NCBI GenBank assembly: GCA_965644295.1
Contig: CBFFRP010000405.1
Location: 124,001-188,000, forward strand
DNA: 64,000 nucleotides
Direction: 5' to 3'
Origin: Paraphysomonas bandaiensis
Taxonomy: Eukaryota; Protista; Chrysophyceae
Shown piece after piece: positions 12,730-24,900 of the stretch. Numbering within the stretch: the first letter of the stretch is position 1; each line of letters opens with the position of its first letter. The notes under the pieces are model-generated. The model did no database searches. It was not told the origin of the DNA and was given only the letters and a program-made list of their open reading frames with translations. A program made the translations under genes and the position numbers.

Positions 12730-13651
12730 TCCGGTGCATCTGATTTGTTGGAATTAGATTGTCATAGTTCTACTGGAGGCATTGCCCGTTACTTGAAAGG
12801 AAAATGTAAGTATCATTGAAACATGAACGGAAAAGAAGTGACAGCACTGCGGTTAGTTATATAGTATATAATAAGTATGCCCAAGTTCGCGGGTGACTGC
12901 TATGTTATTTCTTTACACTGATAGCACACAAACGTCATATCAAAGTCTCATAGTTTCCACATACTCTGCAATGCTTAAGAACTTTAAGTATGAAAGATCC
13001 ACTTCCATCCCCCCCTGTTTTTTCACACAGCCAAAGATTTAGCATACCATTTGTAATTTTTACAGATCGATCTATGCATGTATGTTTTAGAAATAAAGTT
13101 ATGTAGCATAAGATGAAATAAAGATTGTAAGAGGATCTTTTTCGAAGTAAGGTAACTAAAGCCTAAAACTCTGATAGTCTATTAGTTGAAAGTTGAAATA
13201 GAAACAGAATCACTGCAAATTGCAATATTAATTAGCCGTAGTGAATGTCTTATTATCAATATTAATTACTCTTCACTTTCTCAGTCAATTAATCATTTAC
13301 AATCTTAAACAGTCGCGATCTTATACAGCCACCATATTTAATTTATCTACTATATTCGATTCCCCTTCATTTTACCCATGTAATGCAGAATACATTGCTT
13401 AACGTGTTCTTCACTAACGGTTATAAACCGAAAGTCAACTTGCATCTACGTCATAACCGTGGTAATAGAGTAACTCGTAACTCGTATGGACTGACTAATA
13501 ACGTTGGCTAAGTATAAGTGCCAGAGCAGCTGTGGATAGCAATATTATGAAAAGTAAAAATAATTAGTACATAAAATACAGTTTACTGAAGAGATAATGA
13601 AAACCATTTCTCTTTCCATACACCGAGTCCATTGCAACCGTTGCGTGATTG

Positions 13652-15186
13652 TTATTTTTTCTTCGGATCCCATATCCAAAAGTTAGCAAGCCACTTCTCT
13701 CCATCAGTTACAGGGAGGGCTGTATGCAATGCTAAATCATCTCCATTTCCATCCTCGAGGAGGTTATAAAATATAACAGCGGTGCCCTTGACTGGACGCA
13801 CCTTAAATCCACCTTTACCGTCGTCACCCTTAGGAAAAGCTGTTTCTCCACCGGCCCCTGGGTGAGACTGGGAAGTCAGGTATAGCAGTACCGTAATAAA
13901 TCGACTCTCTGGGTACCCACTTACACCCCAGTCATGATGGGCATCATACTTCTGTCTCCCAGTGTAATGCACCACCTGCATATCCTCCGCATTGTGGGAT
14001 GTGGTCAATATTTTTTCATCGAGGCCTATTACCATAGATATAAACAGATATATTAAGACTAGGAGCAATACAAACAACACACTGCATACCCAATACGTCC
14101 GCTACCCTGCGGGATATGGTGTCAGTGATAGGCGATGAGTGACGAGGTACCCAGGCATTCTTCGATGTCCTAGTGGAGCTTGATATAACTCCACCACCAT
14201 CAGGAGACCCCACTGTGCTCTCTCGCACTTTACTATGTGCCAGACGCACAATGGTCTCAGCCTCGAAATCACTGAGAAAGCTCTCCACTACGAACACACG
14301 TGGAGCAGAGGACACGCACTCCAGATCAAGTTCCATAGTGGCGTTACTCTGACACTCCCATGATTCTCCATCGCACTGCCTAATACGTAATCAAACAAGC
14401 GGCGAAAGCACAAAGCATCTCACTTACCAAGTACCCTGATGGGAAGAGACTCCGTGCACTTGGCCCACCACCTCACATGGCCACATGTTCAATACTGGAG
14501 GACTACGTGGTCCATCTGGCCCGAAATAATGCCGCCATCTCCGACCAGTTTTTTCCAAATATTTTGAAGAGTAATCCTCCTCCCGCTGCGTTTGTTTCAG
14601 CACATCTTCCGGTGCCGGGAACAACGGGTCCCACACTGGATACAGCACCTATATACCCATGCATTTATTAGCTCAGTTGCAGTATTTCAAAGTTAATCGC
14701 TTACTTGATCGGATTGTATGTGTACTCTAGCGACCTCGTCGGATTTGTTGCCACGGACTGTGAAGTAGAACACATGCCCGTTGTATGAGTTAGTCGTTGA
14801 CTCCTGTCCTGGAAGAAGTCGGCCCTGTGGCACCCCGTCCTAAGAGTGAACACAAATATGAATCACATACGTAACTTCCCAACATACCTTACCGCACCGT
14901 CGTCCCACCACATGTCTAGTGTACGTGATGACAGCGACCGAAACTTTGCAGCCACAGCTTCCGTTCGCTTATCTGGGGTACGAACAATAAAGGGATGGGG
15001 TCGCGATACAGTTGCCTTGTTCAGCGTAACAGTAGCAGCCCCCCTACTCATTGATGGCATATCTCGCTCTTGCTGATTCGGTAAATAGCCAAACATATAT
15101 ACACAAATCAGGGCGACATTCAGCACAATGAAAGTGAATGTCGACTTTCTATCGAAGTAAGGCAACCATAACTGCCGACCCTCCAT
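13652..15186 (-). CDS. Prolyl 4-hydroxylase alpha-like 2OG-Fe(II) dioxygenase with N-terminal membrane anchor, multi-exon
   Basis: PRVFVVESFLSDFEAE, RTSKNAW, MQVVHY...YDAHHD, GGETAFP, LHTALPV...KWLANFWI motifs; 5' exons inferred from splice sites, start approximate. Confidence 0.85.
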
Positions 15187-15614
15187 ACTGCTGACAGATA
15201 TACCACTCAGGTCGTAACGATTCAATATATAAACACAGATCAGATGCACTTGACCTTGACGACTAAGATTGAATCGAGGTGCTACCGTAGAGCCTGATCA
15301 TGTGGATTGATTGGTGCGTTCACAAGACACCACTTCAAGTGCTGCGTTGTTGCCTCCTGCTGTACTGTTGCTTGTACTCTGGTACTGTATACGTATACCG
15401 GTATACCGCGTATACAGTGTCCAGCTATTTGGCACTTTCCTGAGATACCGACTGAAAAGAATATACACCTCTCTAAGATACGGTGGAGGTGCTTGAAGAG
15501 CGATATGTGATCGCATGACTCCGTATACAGAGACCAGCCAGTCACCTGTGTGTGTATGTATAGGCGACAGTCGACACTCTTAATCGCTTGACTTTGACAT
15601 ACACTGCTATCAAC

Positions 15615-16707
15615 ATGATCTACTCTGTGCTCGCTCTTTCCACCATCGCCCTTGGTGCCTCTACATCTCTTGATCTGAGTGCTCCTGCTGTGAGGCCCTC
15701 TATGATCGAAGAGATTAACTCGATGAGAACCACATGGAAGGCCGCTCTGCCAGTACGCTTCCAGAACGCTACTATCGGTGACGTTAAGAAGCAGCTGGGC
15801 ACTATTCTTCCAGGGGAAGAGGGATATCTTGCTCCTGAGACTGTGAAGACTTCCTTTAAGTCATCTGCAGATATTCCCACTGAGTTTGATGTGCGCACTA
15901 ACTGGCCGGAGTGTGCGGCTATTACTGGACGTGTTCGCGACCAGTCTAACTGTGGTTCATGGTATGTTTTGAACATTTTCGTTGCATGCATTTGACGTTT
16001 CATGCAGCTGGGCATTTGGTTCCACTGAGGCGTACAATGACCGCTACTGCATCAAGACTGGTGATGCCAACACTGTTTTTTCTGCGGAAGATACTCTAGC
16101 CTGTTGTACCGGCATTTCCTGTGGCTTCTCTATGGGGTGCAATGGAGGACAGCCATCAGGTGCCTGGAGATACTTTACCACTAATGGCGTTCCCACTGGA
16201 GGTGACTGGGAGGATGTTGGCACTGGCACCACTTGCAAGCCCTACCGTATGCAGTCATGTGCCCATCACGTTGACCCTGTGCCTGAGGGAATGGTGTCAT
16301 GTGAAGACGTAGAGAGCTACAGCACCCCTAAATGCCAGGACACTTGTACGGAAGAGGCTTACGGAACCGCTTACAGCAAGGATAAGCATATGGCCTCTAC
16401 ACACTACTCAGTCAAGGGCGTTGAAAATATGCAGAGGGAGTTGATGGAGTTAGGAACACTCTCTGTCTCAATGACCGTCTATGAGGATTTCGAGGCATAT
16501 ACCTCCGGTGTATACCAGCACGTTTCTGGCCGCAATCTGGGTGGCCACGCCATCAAGATGGTCGGTTGGGGCGTCGATAATGGTGTTCCGTACTGGACCT
16601 GTGTGAATAGCTGGAACGACTCGTGGGGTGAGAACGGACAGTTCCGTATCTTGAGGGGCTCAGACGAATGTGGTATTGAGAGTGGTGTTGTTGCTGGTGA
16701 GCCTTAG
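15615..16707 (+). CDS. CTSB: Cathepsin B-like cysteine protease (C1A)
   Basis: Signal peptide; RDQSNCGSC|WAF with the catalytic Cys codon split by intron 15962-16007; occluding-loop CAHH; GGHAIK; NSWN. Confidence 0.95.
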
Positions 16708-17295
16708 ACTTTTTAAGCCATTGGCCTTGCTGGCATGTGAATATTACTGTCCGCTTCATTTACAATATTATGGTACATTAACACATCAACATGATGTTTG
16801 TATGCTGGAGATAAATTTATCGCTTCGACTTCTCTCCTTGAATAAGTATGCCTTTGGTGTATATTTGATATCAAGTAACGTTTGTAATTATCAGTTTTGA
16901 AGGTTGTTTCTTTCAAATTAATATAATACAGTCGTTTATTTTGATCCTTTTCTCTTTGGATTTTACTTTTCACCGCGTGGTGTAATCATGAATTAAGTGG
17001 TTTTCTTTATTTTGTCTAAAATGTGCTTTTTATGCCCTGAATGGGTTCAACAGAAAGCATGTGTTCTCCCTAAGTTCTCGACAGATTGCTGAAGTGTTCG
17101 AAACAAATTCGAAGACAAGTCATGACGTAGTAGTGTTGCATGTTGCAGAGTCGCAAAGGACTTGTAAAACTGGCTATGCGCACTGGTGTGTTGTTATCTT
17201 TTTGGAAATACCCGTCTGTACAGTCTATGGCGTGGAGGAGATGGTTGGTTCCGGTCTGTTCTGAGGTGAATGTCTTGGGAGCTATATATTATATA

Positions 17296-17820
17296 TGAAA
17301 GTCTTATTAACAATAGACGTCGAGAATCGGCACCATATAAGTAGCTAAAATAAAACTAGTCAAGATAGACAGACTACTATCTGTAACTAATAACAAACTA
17401 GTACAAATTCTCCTATCCTACTACAATATAGCAAGAGTATATTGCGATATATTGTTCCGTAGCCCTGTACTATATATAACGCTACGAAAGCTGCTTGTGC
17501 GTCCCTCCACAAGCACCAAGGTGCGACCACTTCTTGTATAAGATGCAGAATTTCTCTATGAACATGAGTCCTTGAAGTACAGATGGGGTTAGTCAGAGAG
17601 ACATCCCTTCGGGTAGGGCTCTGCAGGACTTCGTGGAGGCACAGGATTCTGAATTAGTGAGTCGAGTGCACCTGCTGGCAAACAAGATGGGCGACGGGGT
17701 GGATTGGAACACCGTCGTGTCTGGAGATGGCTCGGGCCCAAGTTGGGCCTGGAGCAGAGAAGTAGCTGGTGGAGTGCACCGTGGCGTTTCCAATTGTGCA
17801 GGGACTGCGCGAGAGAAACA
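17296..17820 (-). mobile_element. Degenerate 3' fragment of the same non-LTR family (copy C), interrupted by a hAT terminal relic at about 17424-17467
   Basis: EPYPKGCLSD* (decayed EPYPKGRPPD); shared RNA motif at 17485-17535; ends AATAAGACTTTCA; inserted TATTGCGATATATTGTTCCGTAGCCCTG resembles the hAT TIR at 41848-41870. 5' boundary approximate. Confidence 0.65.
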
Positions 17821-18084
17821 TGTACACTATTTTAAGTCGCAATGTACTCATGAGCAATATATAAGTAATACCCCCAATTTGACTAGGTCGAATAATATTT
17901 CCTAAATACTGTTCCTCAGCCCTGGTAGATATAACATGTGTAAATGTTCATACTTCGAGAATAACATATTTCGCAGCAAAGGCATGATTCCGAATATTTC
18001 TCAGATATATTTCTCAGATATATTCTCAGATACGTTACGCTAAAGCAATCACTATTCCCGTAGATGCAATACCCTTAACAAATG

Positions 18085-18778
18085 GTTGTGTGGCACAAGG
18101 GACACTACTATGTAGACGTCTTCGGGCCTTGCCCCTGACGAATAAGCAGGCATCCGGGAATGAGCCCACCTTAAGAGCATCCGGGGTATTTGGCTGCCTG
18201 CTGAAGCAAGCATCTGAGCAGCTCACATTATGAACTCAAGAATCCTGAAGTCATCAGATGTCAGGTATATCAACACTCTGATCGCTCACTGCGTTTGCTT
18301 TGAGCGATAGAGCAAAAGTGGTTGCTCTGTGGTGCTTGCAATGACGTACAAGTAGCTTCGTTGTTGGAATACGTATGGTTCTCTAAGATAGTACTGTAGA
18401 ATACGTTAAATACAATGTGAAAACAGTAAGACGTAGTCAAAGATACTATATAGCTATAACTGTGAAACTGAAGTATTGTACCATGACGATTCAAGATACG
18501 GAAGTGGAGCAGTGGTTGATATTTGATATGAACAAAATAAATTATCATGTTGTTGACATGTCTTACATGACAACACACACAATTGTGTATGCAATTATAA
18601 TAAAGAGTCTATCCAGTTTAATTACTATAAACTTTTCTTAACGATCATAACAGTTAAAATGACCAATAGTCAGTATTCGTAGCGTTAAATAGTAGGATAT
18701 CAGAGTTAAGCACGAATTAGTTAAATCCCAATGCTATATTAGTTCTGACTCTTAAGCGCCTATTGCTAATAAGGCATT
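18085..18778 (+). mobile_element. Non-autonomous (SINE-like?) retroelement with the family 3' tail (copy E), interrupted by a solo LTR
   Basis: Colinear with the reverse complement of 31926-32310; motif at 18313-18360 continues at 18677 with TAGCGTTAAATAGTAGGATA. Confidence 0.65.
18362..18675. mobile_element. Putative solo LTR (314 bp)
   Basis: Starts TGTTGG; flanked by 5-bp direct repeat TTCGT (18357-18361 and 18676-18680); removing it restores the contiguous tail seen in other copies. The 3' end is not a clean CA. Confidence 0.6.
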
Positions 18779-18928
18779 ACTGCTTCTATTCTCATAACCT
18801 GATTTATTACAAATACGCAAACCAAATCCTAGTAGTGACTACAGTAAAGCGTACTGCAAAAGCAATTAAGAGAAGAATCCGCTGCACTTCATCAATTATT
18901 ATATAAAGGTTATTTCCAACTGAGCACA

Positions 18929-21900
18929 CTATTCCACAATACTCCAAGATTTATTTGCCAGGTTGCACGGCTTTATGTCACCATCGTCATACGCGATGGT
19001 GTGCATGCCGCTGTCAACACTATATTTCGTGATAGTCCCAAGGAACTCTCTATCAACCCATCGAATCCTAATTTTTTTTCCTATGAGTTCCACTGGGTCG
19101 TCGTCGCTGTCATACCCAGAGCCTTGCCAATGACCAGCAGACTTCACAGATGGGGAGTTACCCGAAAAAAGTGCACGGAGAGCAGATAGATTAGCAGTAG
19201 CGGTGGCTGCGGCAGATGGACCAGTCGTTGCTGCTCCAGCTCCGCTGTATCCCCCCTGCGCATGAGACCCAGAATTCGCTGTCCTCCGCATCTTGGAGAG
19301 GAAACTACCATGAGGATAGCCACCAGTTCGCCGGCTGTTCAGCCAGGAGTCCAGCCAACGCAGTCGGTCACTGTTCTGTGTAACCCACTGCCGCGCTAAC
19401 ATACAGTGTTTACATATACGTATAAGCATTGTAGCGCAGGTCTCCGTCGCCAATACGTATTGGTAACTAGCCTGCGCAGTATATTGACACCACACACTTA
19501 CAAGCCTCGCAAAGAACTGACCTTCATCTCGTCTGTCACTGCTCTCATTACTTCACCTACTCTCCACTCACGGATGCCGTCGTCTACCTCGCACAACAAC
19601 ATTGCTCCGCGCATAGGGATCTTCATGGCTGTACCATCTTCCTTCTTCATGTAGTTTACAATGGTGTCAATATAAGTCTAAAGAAATAAGTAATGGAAAT
19701 GACGAGAAAACTATGCGTCAACTCACATTCGTATTAGTTTTGGAATTATAAACTGTATACTTCACTATCGGAAACACAAACTTCTTTCTATCTGGTCCTT
19801 TCACTGTCCGCAATAGCCTATACAACAAGATGTCGCGGTCACGGTAAAAAGGATATGGCACAATCTGAGGGTCACTTGCCTGTAAATGAATACAGCACTC
19901 TCAATCATGCTTTGGGCCTCTGGACTGAGGACTGCTTGTGATCCGTCCACAGGAACAGAAGCCTCTCCATCGGATGCTGATGGGATGTGAAGCTTGTCAC
20001 TACTCTCTGGTGTCTGGTTATCACATGAGATCGAATCTGAGGACGGCACGTTTGGAAGTAGTGCTGCCACTGCCTTGAGAAGGGATCTCCAGTCTGGAAA
20101 AGTATAGCCATCTGTCATTGTCCGAGATTTGTGATTTCCAGCCTCTACGCCCCCCACAAGTGTGGGATACGGGGTATCATGAGCAAGAAACAAGGACACA
20201 AGACACGCAATGTAATTTCTTGACTGCATTATGGATCTACATCTCTCAGAGTGCTTCGCGAGAACAGAAATGGGGGAGAAAAATACACTTATGTTTCGCC
20301 ATTGCAACTGCGCATCACGGAGCAATTGTATAAGCTGTGACGCCAGTTCTAGCGAGAGGGTAGAACCATCCTCCACGCCGTCGTCGTCGCTGGACACAAC
20401 GCCGCTGTAATCCGTTGCGTCGCTGTGCAATACGACCTCCATTGCTACAAGAATGACCTTCATGATTGACGAACGCACGTCCCCGTCATCGATATCCAGT
20501 AAGAGACCTTTCAGTAGATTTGTGACACGAGCTCTGGAATGAATAGGCTCAGATTCATCCGAAGATGAAGATGTGACACTCTCTGCAGATGACACTGAGT
20601 GAGTGGGAGTAACTAACTTGGTTTGACGCCGACAGAGCATTCCGAGAAGATGGAAAGCACAGGCAGGATTTCGACGAAGAAGTTTATCCATTATCCAGGC
20701 ACACCACTGAGCAACATACTCCCGTTCCCTGGCCTGCGCGAGAGTACCGAAAGTAAAGCTAACAGCACACTCCAACAAGCTACAGTCGATCTCTCTACTA
20801 TGTCCAACATAACCTGAGCGCTGAATCAACTCACCAGTAAATTTATAGTAACGCGCATTGAAAATACTTTTTGTACGCCAGAAAGACTCATTGTCTTTGC
20901 GAATCAAGTCCACTACAGCAGCAGAAGTAGATTCCGCAGTTGAGTCCGCAGATTCTGACTCGCTAGACACGTGTTTAGAAGGGCGTATTTTCTTATCGTA
21001 GACTAACATAAAAGCGTTTCGTGCCTTCTCTTGCAACTTCGCGTTGTTCACAGTCGTTCCGCCCCTGGAGCCTGCAGATGTATTGCCGCTACCTCTCCAT
21101 ACTTCCTCGCCACCAAAGCACTCGTCTTCTAGGTCATCGATGTCAAACTCCGACACAAAACTATCGTTGAACTCAAACCAGGAGGGTTCACTGCGAGTGT
21201 TGCGATTAGATTTGCCATGAATACTTGACCGCTCCTTAATGTACGAGTAATAGTGGCCGCTGTGGGCAGTACCAACATGGACAACAACTCCGGCCAATTC
21301 ATATATATAGTCAGACCTGTCTACCGAATCTCTGTCACCACCACATCCTTCGTCTTCTCCACGTGCAGAAACCTCGTCCCCTTCGTCACGACCTTCTACT
21401 GTATACGGAAACATATCTAACTCCAACGGAAACGTGAATCGTTCGTTAATTTTTATTTGCTGCATAGTTTCAAAATCGAATTCAAAACGCTTGAGGTGTA
21501 TTATAAGGTGCCGCGGCAACGAACGAATGCTGACCCTTTTCACAGTGGGAAGAGATTCCTTAGTGACTTTCTTACCCCCATCATTCTCGTGGGACGTTTC
21601 CCAAGTATAATCCACAGTCTCCCCTTCGATAAAACTTGCCAGTCCATCTTCTAGCGTATTTCTGCCTTGTCCTACTGACACTGAGAGCATAAAAAAAGGC
21701 TCAGCCCTTTCCGATCTTTTCCCACCTTCCGCCAGAAGTTCGTTGCAAAACATCCCGCCAAATGTATCTTTGAGGAGTGCTTCTCCTCGAGACGACATTA
21801 AGCATCCCTCAACTTGCTGGAAGAAATTAGATAGAAATTCTGATGCATCTTGTTGAACATTTACATCTGTTGGTTGACCTTCGTAATCTTTAAAGGATGC

Positions 21901-24900
21901 GCTGAAACCCGTGGGATCCACGAAGGCTTTGTCACTTTCCTGCAGATATGCAAACAAAAGTTGCAGTTGAAACAACATATTCTCCGCAGCTTCACTGGAG
22001 TCCATTGACGCAATATCAACATCAGTATCTGCACCGAGTATACCGTTTCTGAACTCCGGCACCATAAATAGCTGTTGCAATGTACTATTCATGTAACATA
22101 TGCAACTCGGATTGTAGAGGCCACAATATCCAGTTTTACTCTTCGGAATAAGTACATCCTTCCCATGTCGCTTGAGAGACTTATTGGCACCAACCTTCCT
22201 GGTGTGGGAAGACCTTGTTTCATCCCAGTGTGCCATCGAGTGATGGGGCAGTACAAGACGTAGAACTTGTTGCATATTATCAACGCACCCTCGACAAAGC
22301 TCATTTAACAGCGAAAATGCCATATCTCTGCTACGCAATGTTTTGCACTTCGGGAGCGGGGCTTGGGAAGACCGCATCACAACAGAGAGGTCATCACGCT
22401 GACCGGTCAAGAACAGACAATCTCGAAATATTTGCAGCACCAAGCCCTTATCGACACCGATAATACGTTTTATTTCTTCTGCTGATCCAGTCAACAATAA
22501 CGCCTCTAGAAACGATTTGAACAAAAGCATAATACCCTGCAGGAGCTTGTCTTCATCGTCTTCTTCCTCCGACAGCTCGCGGGAGGGATGCATTGTTACC
22601 ATGTCGCACAACTCAAACGCAAATGATTTCAAATCAAGATTGTCAAACAGATCTATGCTTTCCCTCATAGAAGAAATTCGAATCAACTCAGAAAAGAGAA
22701 AAAAGTATTCTGTGGGTTCAACTATGCCATCTGGTTCATCTGATGGGAGAGTAACGGCTGATGCAACTTCAGGGAGAAACTCATGTAGTGCCCGTAAAAT
22801 TCCCGCATATAAACCAGAATCGCCTACCGCAACCGCTGCATTGCACAACTGAATTAACCCTTTGCTCATCATATCTCTCACAGTCCCATCAGCACATTCA
22901 ATTAAAGATACATGTAGCATATCAGACAGACTCCCATCGGCCTTCAAACCGTCCAAAGCGTTGGGAAGACGCTCAGCGAGTGACGCCACCAAGGAAAGGC
23001 CATATTGCACAATCAGAGCTGCATGATTAATTCTCCCCACAGAGTCCCCATCGTTATCCTCTTCGTCATCCAGCGACTCCTTGCGTCTGTCCGGCGCAGC
23101 CACAGCCGCTGAGGTATTCTTCGCAGCACTACTGAAATATTGCTCAAATCTTGCGACCCGACTAAGCTTACGGCGCCTCTTTGCAACAGCACTGTGATTC
23201 GGGACCTCTCCATCAAAACTACTAGAACTCCGACGCCTCATCACCACAGGGTCCAGCATCAATTCGGCACCATCACTTCCAAACCACCCCCCGCGTGCAG
23301 ACACGCTAGTCACAACTTGCACCGTGCGCATTAATTTTGTCACGACATCTGCTGCAGACCGAGATCCAAATAATTCGTTTGTGTTTATTAATCCGCTCAA
23401 ACGGCAGGAGAGAGACTCATCACTTCCACACTTGTCACTGTTGACAAGCTGGGCAAGAAGCTGCAGTTGCAGAGCTAAGCAGAGTTCTTTTTGCAGCAGA
23501 CTTGTACTGACTTCGCTTGTAGAAATATCCCTGGCCTCTTCCTCAACATCAACAGCGAGAGCAAGTTCAAGTAAATAATGAGGGCCACCAAGACGCACGA
23601 ATGACTCTCCCCACTTGATTGCCTCCGCCTTTTCTTTAGCCGAGGAAAATTCATTACTTAGGGGGTCTAAAAGTGTCGATATAATCTTCAGCTTGTACTG
23701 CTGTCGCAGAATACCTCCTTCACTCAACAGTGACTCCCATGACACGGCCGTTGAGCCATCTACCGCTCCGCCAAGAGACTTCATTTCTGCCAAGAGATCA
23801 CTATTGATAGGCAGGAGGTCTAACAGATCCCAAGCACTCTGCGAAACTTCAACAGATTCATCGGAGAGGATCTCGAACATCAGCAAGAGGTGAGTTTTAC
23901 TATCAGATAGGACCTTTCGTGGGTACATCTGATCGCTGTCGGGGTCTTCGGCAAGAGTCATGGCAGGACAAGTGGGTTTGCACTGAAGAGTATCATCTGT
24001 TGGAGAGCGGAGGATAACAACATCAATAAATGAGTTGACACCTGTAGCTTCGGCCATCTGGTCATCCTGCTCGAAAGTGAGGATTGTTCTACTACTATTT
24101 ACGAGACGTAGCAGACGTGGAGACACTTTAAAGTCGCGAGCGATACGTGCACGTAAAGCCCCGATGGTGACAGTACCTTTCTTGAAAAGATAAACCACGC
24201 TCTGATTAGCGGGTGCACTTGCCCCTTCTCTCTTCCAGAACACTGTCAGACGGAATACCCCAGTGCCCGTCAGAGACGAAGTCCCATAGCTAGTAGTTGA
24301 TGAAGTGTAATGTTGAAGATTAGCGCTAGTGGAGCAAATATCATCAAAAAAACGGCTCAGAATTTTTAATATTCTACTGATCTTGGTGTTAGTTGTGCTG
24401 GTGTGGTCGTTCATGGTAGCCATACTGTGAATTCTATTCATGCAGTATTTAGTAAACTGTATCCATGCTTTCTTTCTGTCAATCGCGGAAGCGTACTTAA
24501 TCTGTAGAGATATCAAGAAGTCAGCTGCTGTTTTCGCCACCGTCATACTATCCGTATAAAGATACGCTCTCATGAGGATGTCAAAACCAGCTAGGTCTGT
24601 AGATACCACATTCACAATAAAGTGTAATTTATTGTGAGCATACAATAACTTTTTCTGTCTACCGTTGACACTTCGAAATAATTTTTCAATTGCTGCGAAT
24701 CCTTGCACATCAAGGTGTGCCATATCATATCCCTCGGGAGGGTCAGATGCCCCTATTAGTCTCGTGAATAAGCCATCAACTGCATCATCAGTAAGGCATT
24801 TTCTACTTGCTGTCGTGGTTAACTTCGACGATGACCCGTAGTAATTATAGTATGTGGTGTTAGTAGTCGGTGCAGTCGTAGAGTCATCCATTAATGCCGA

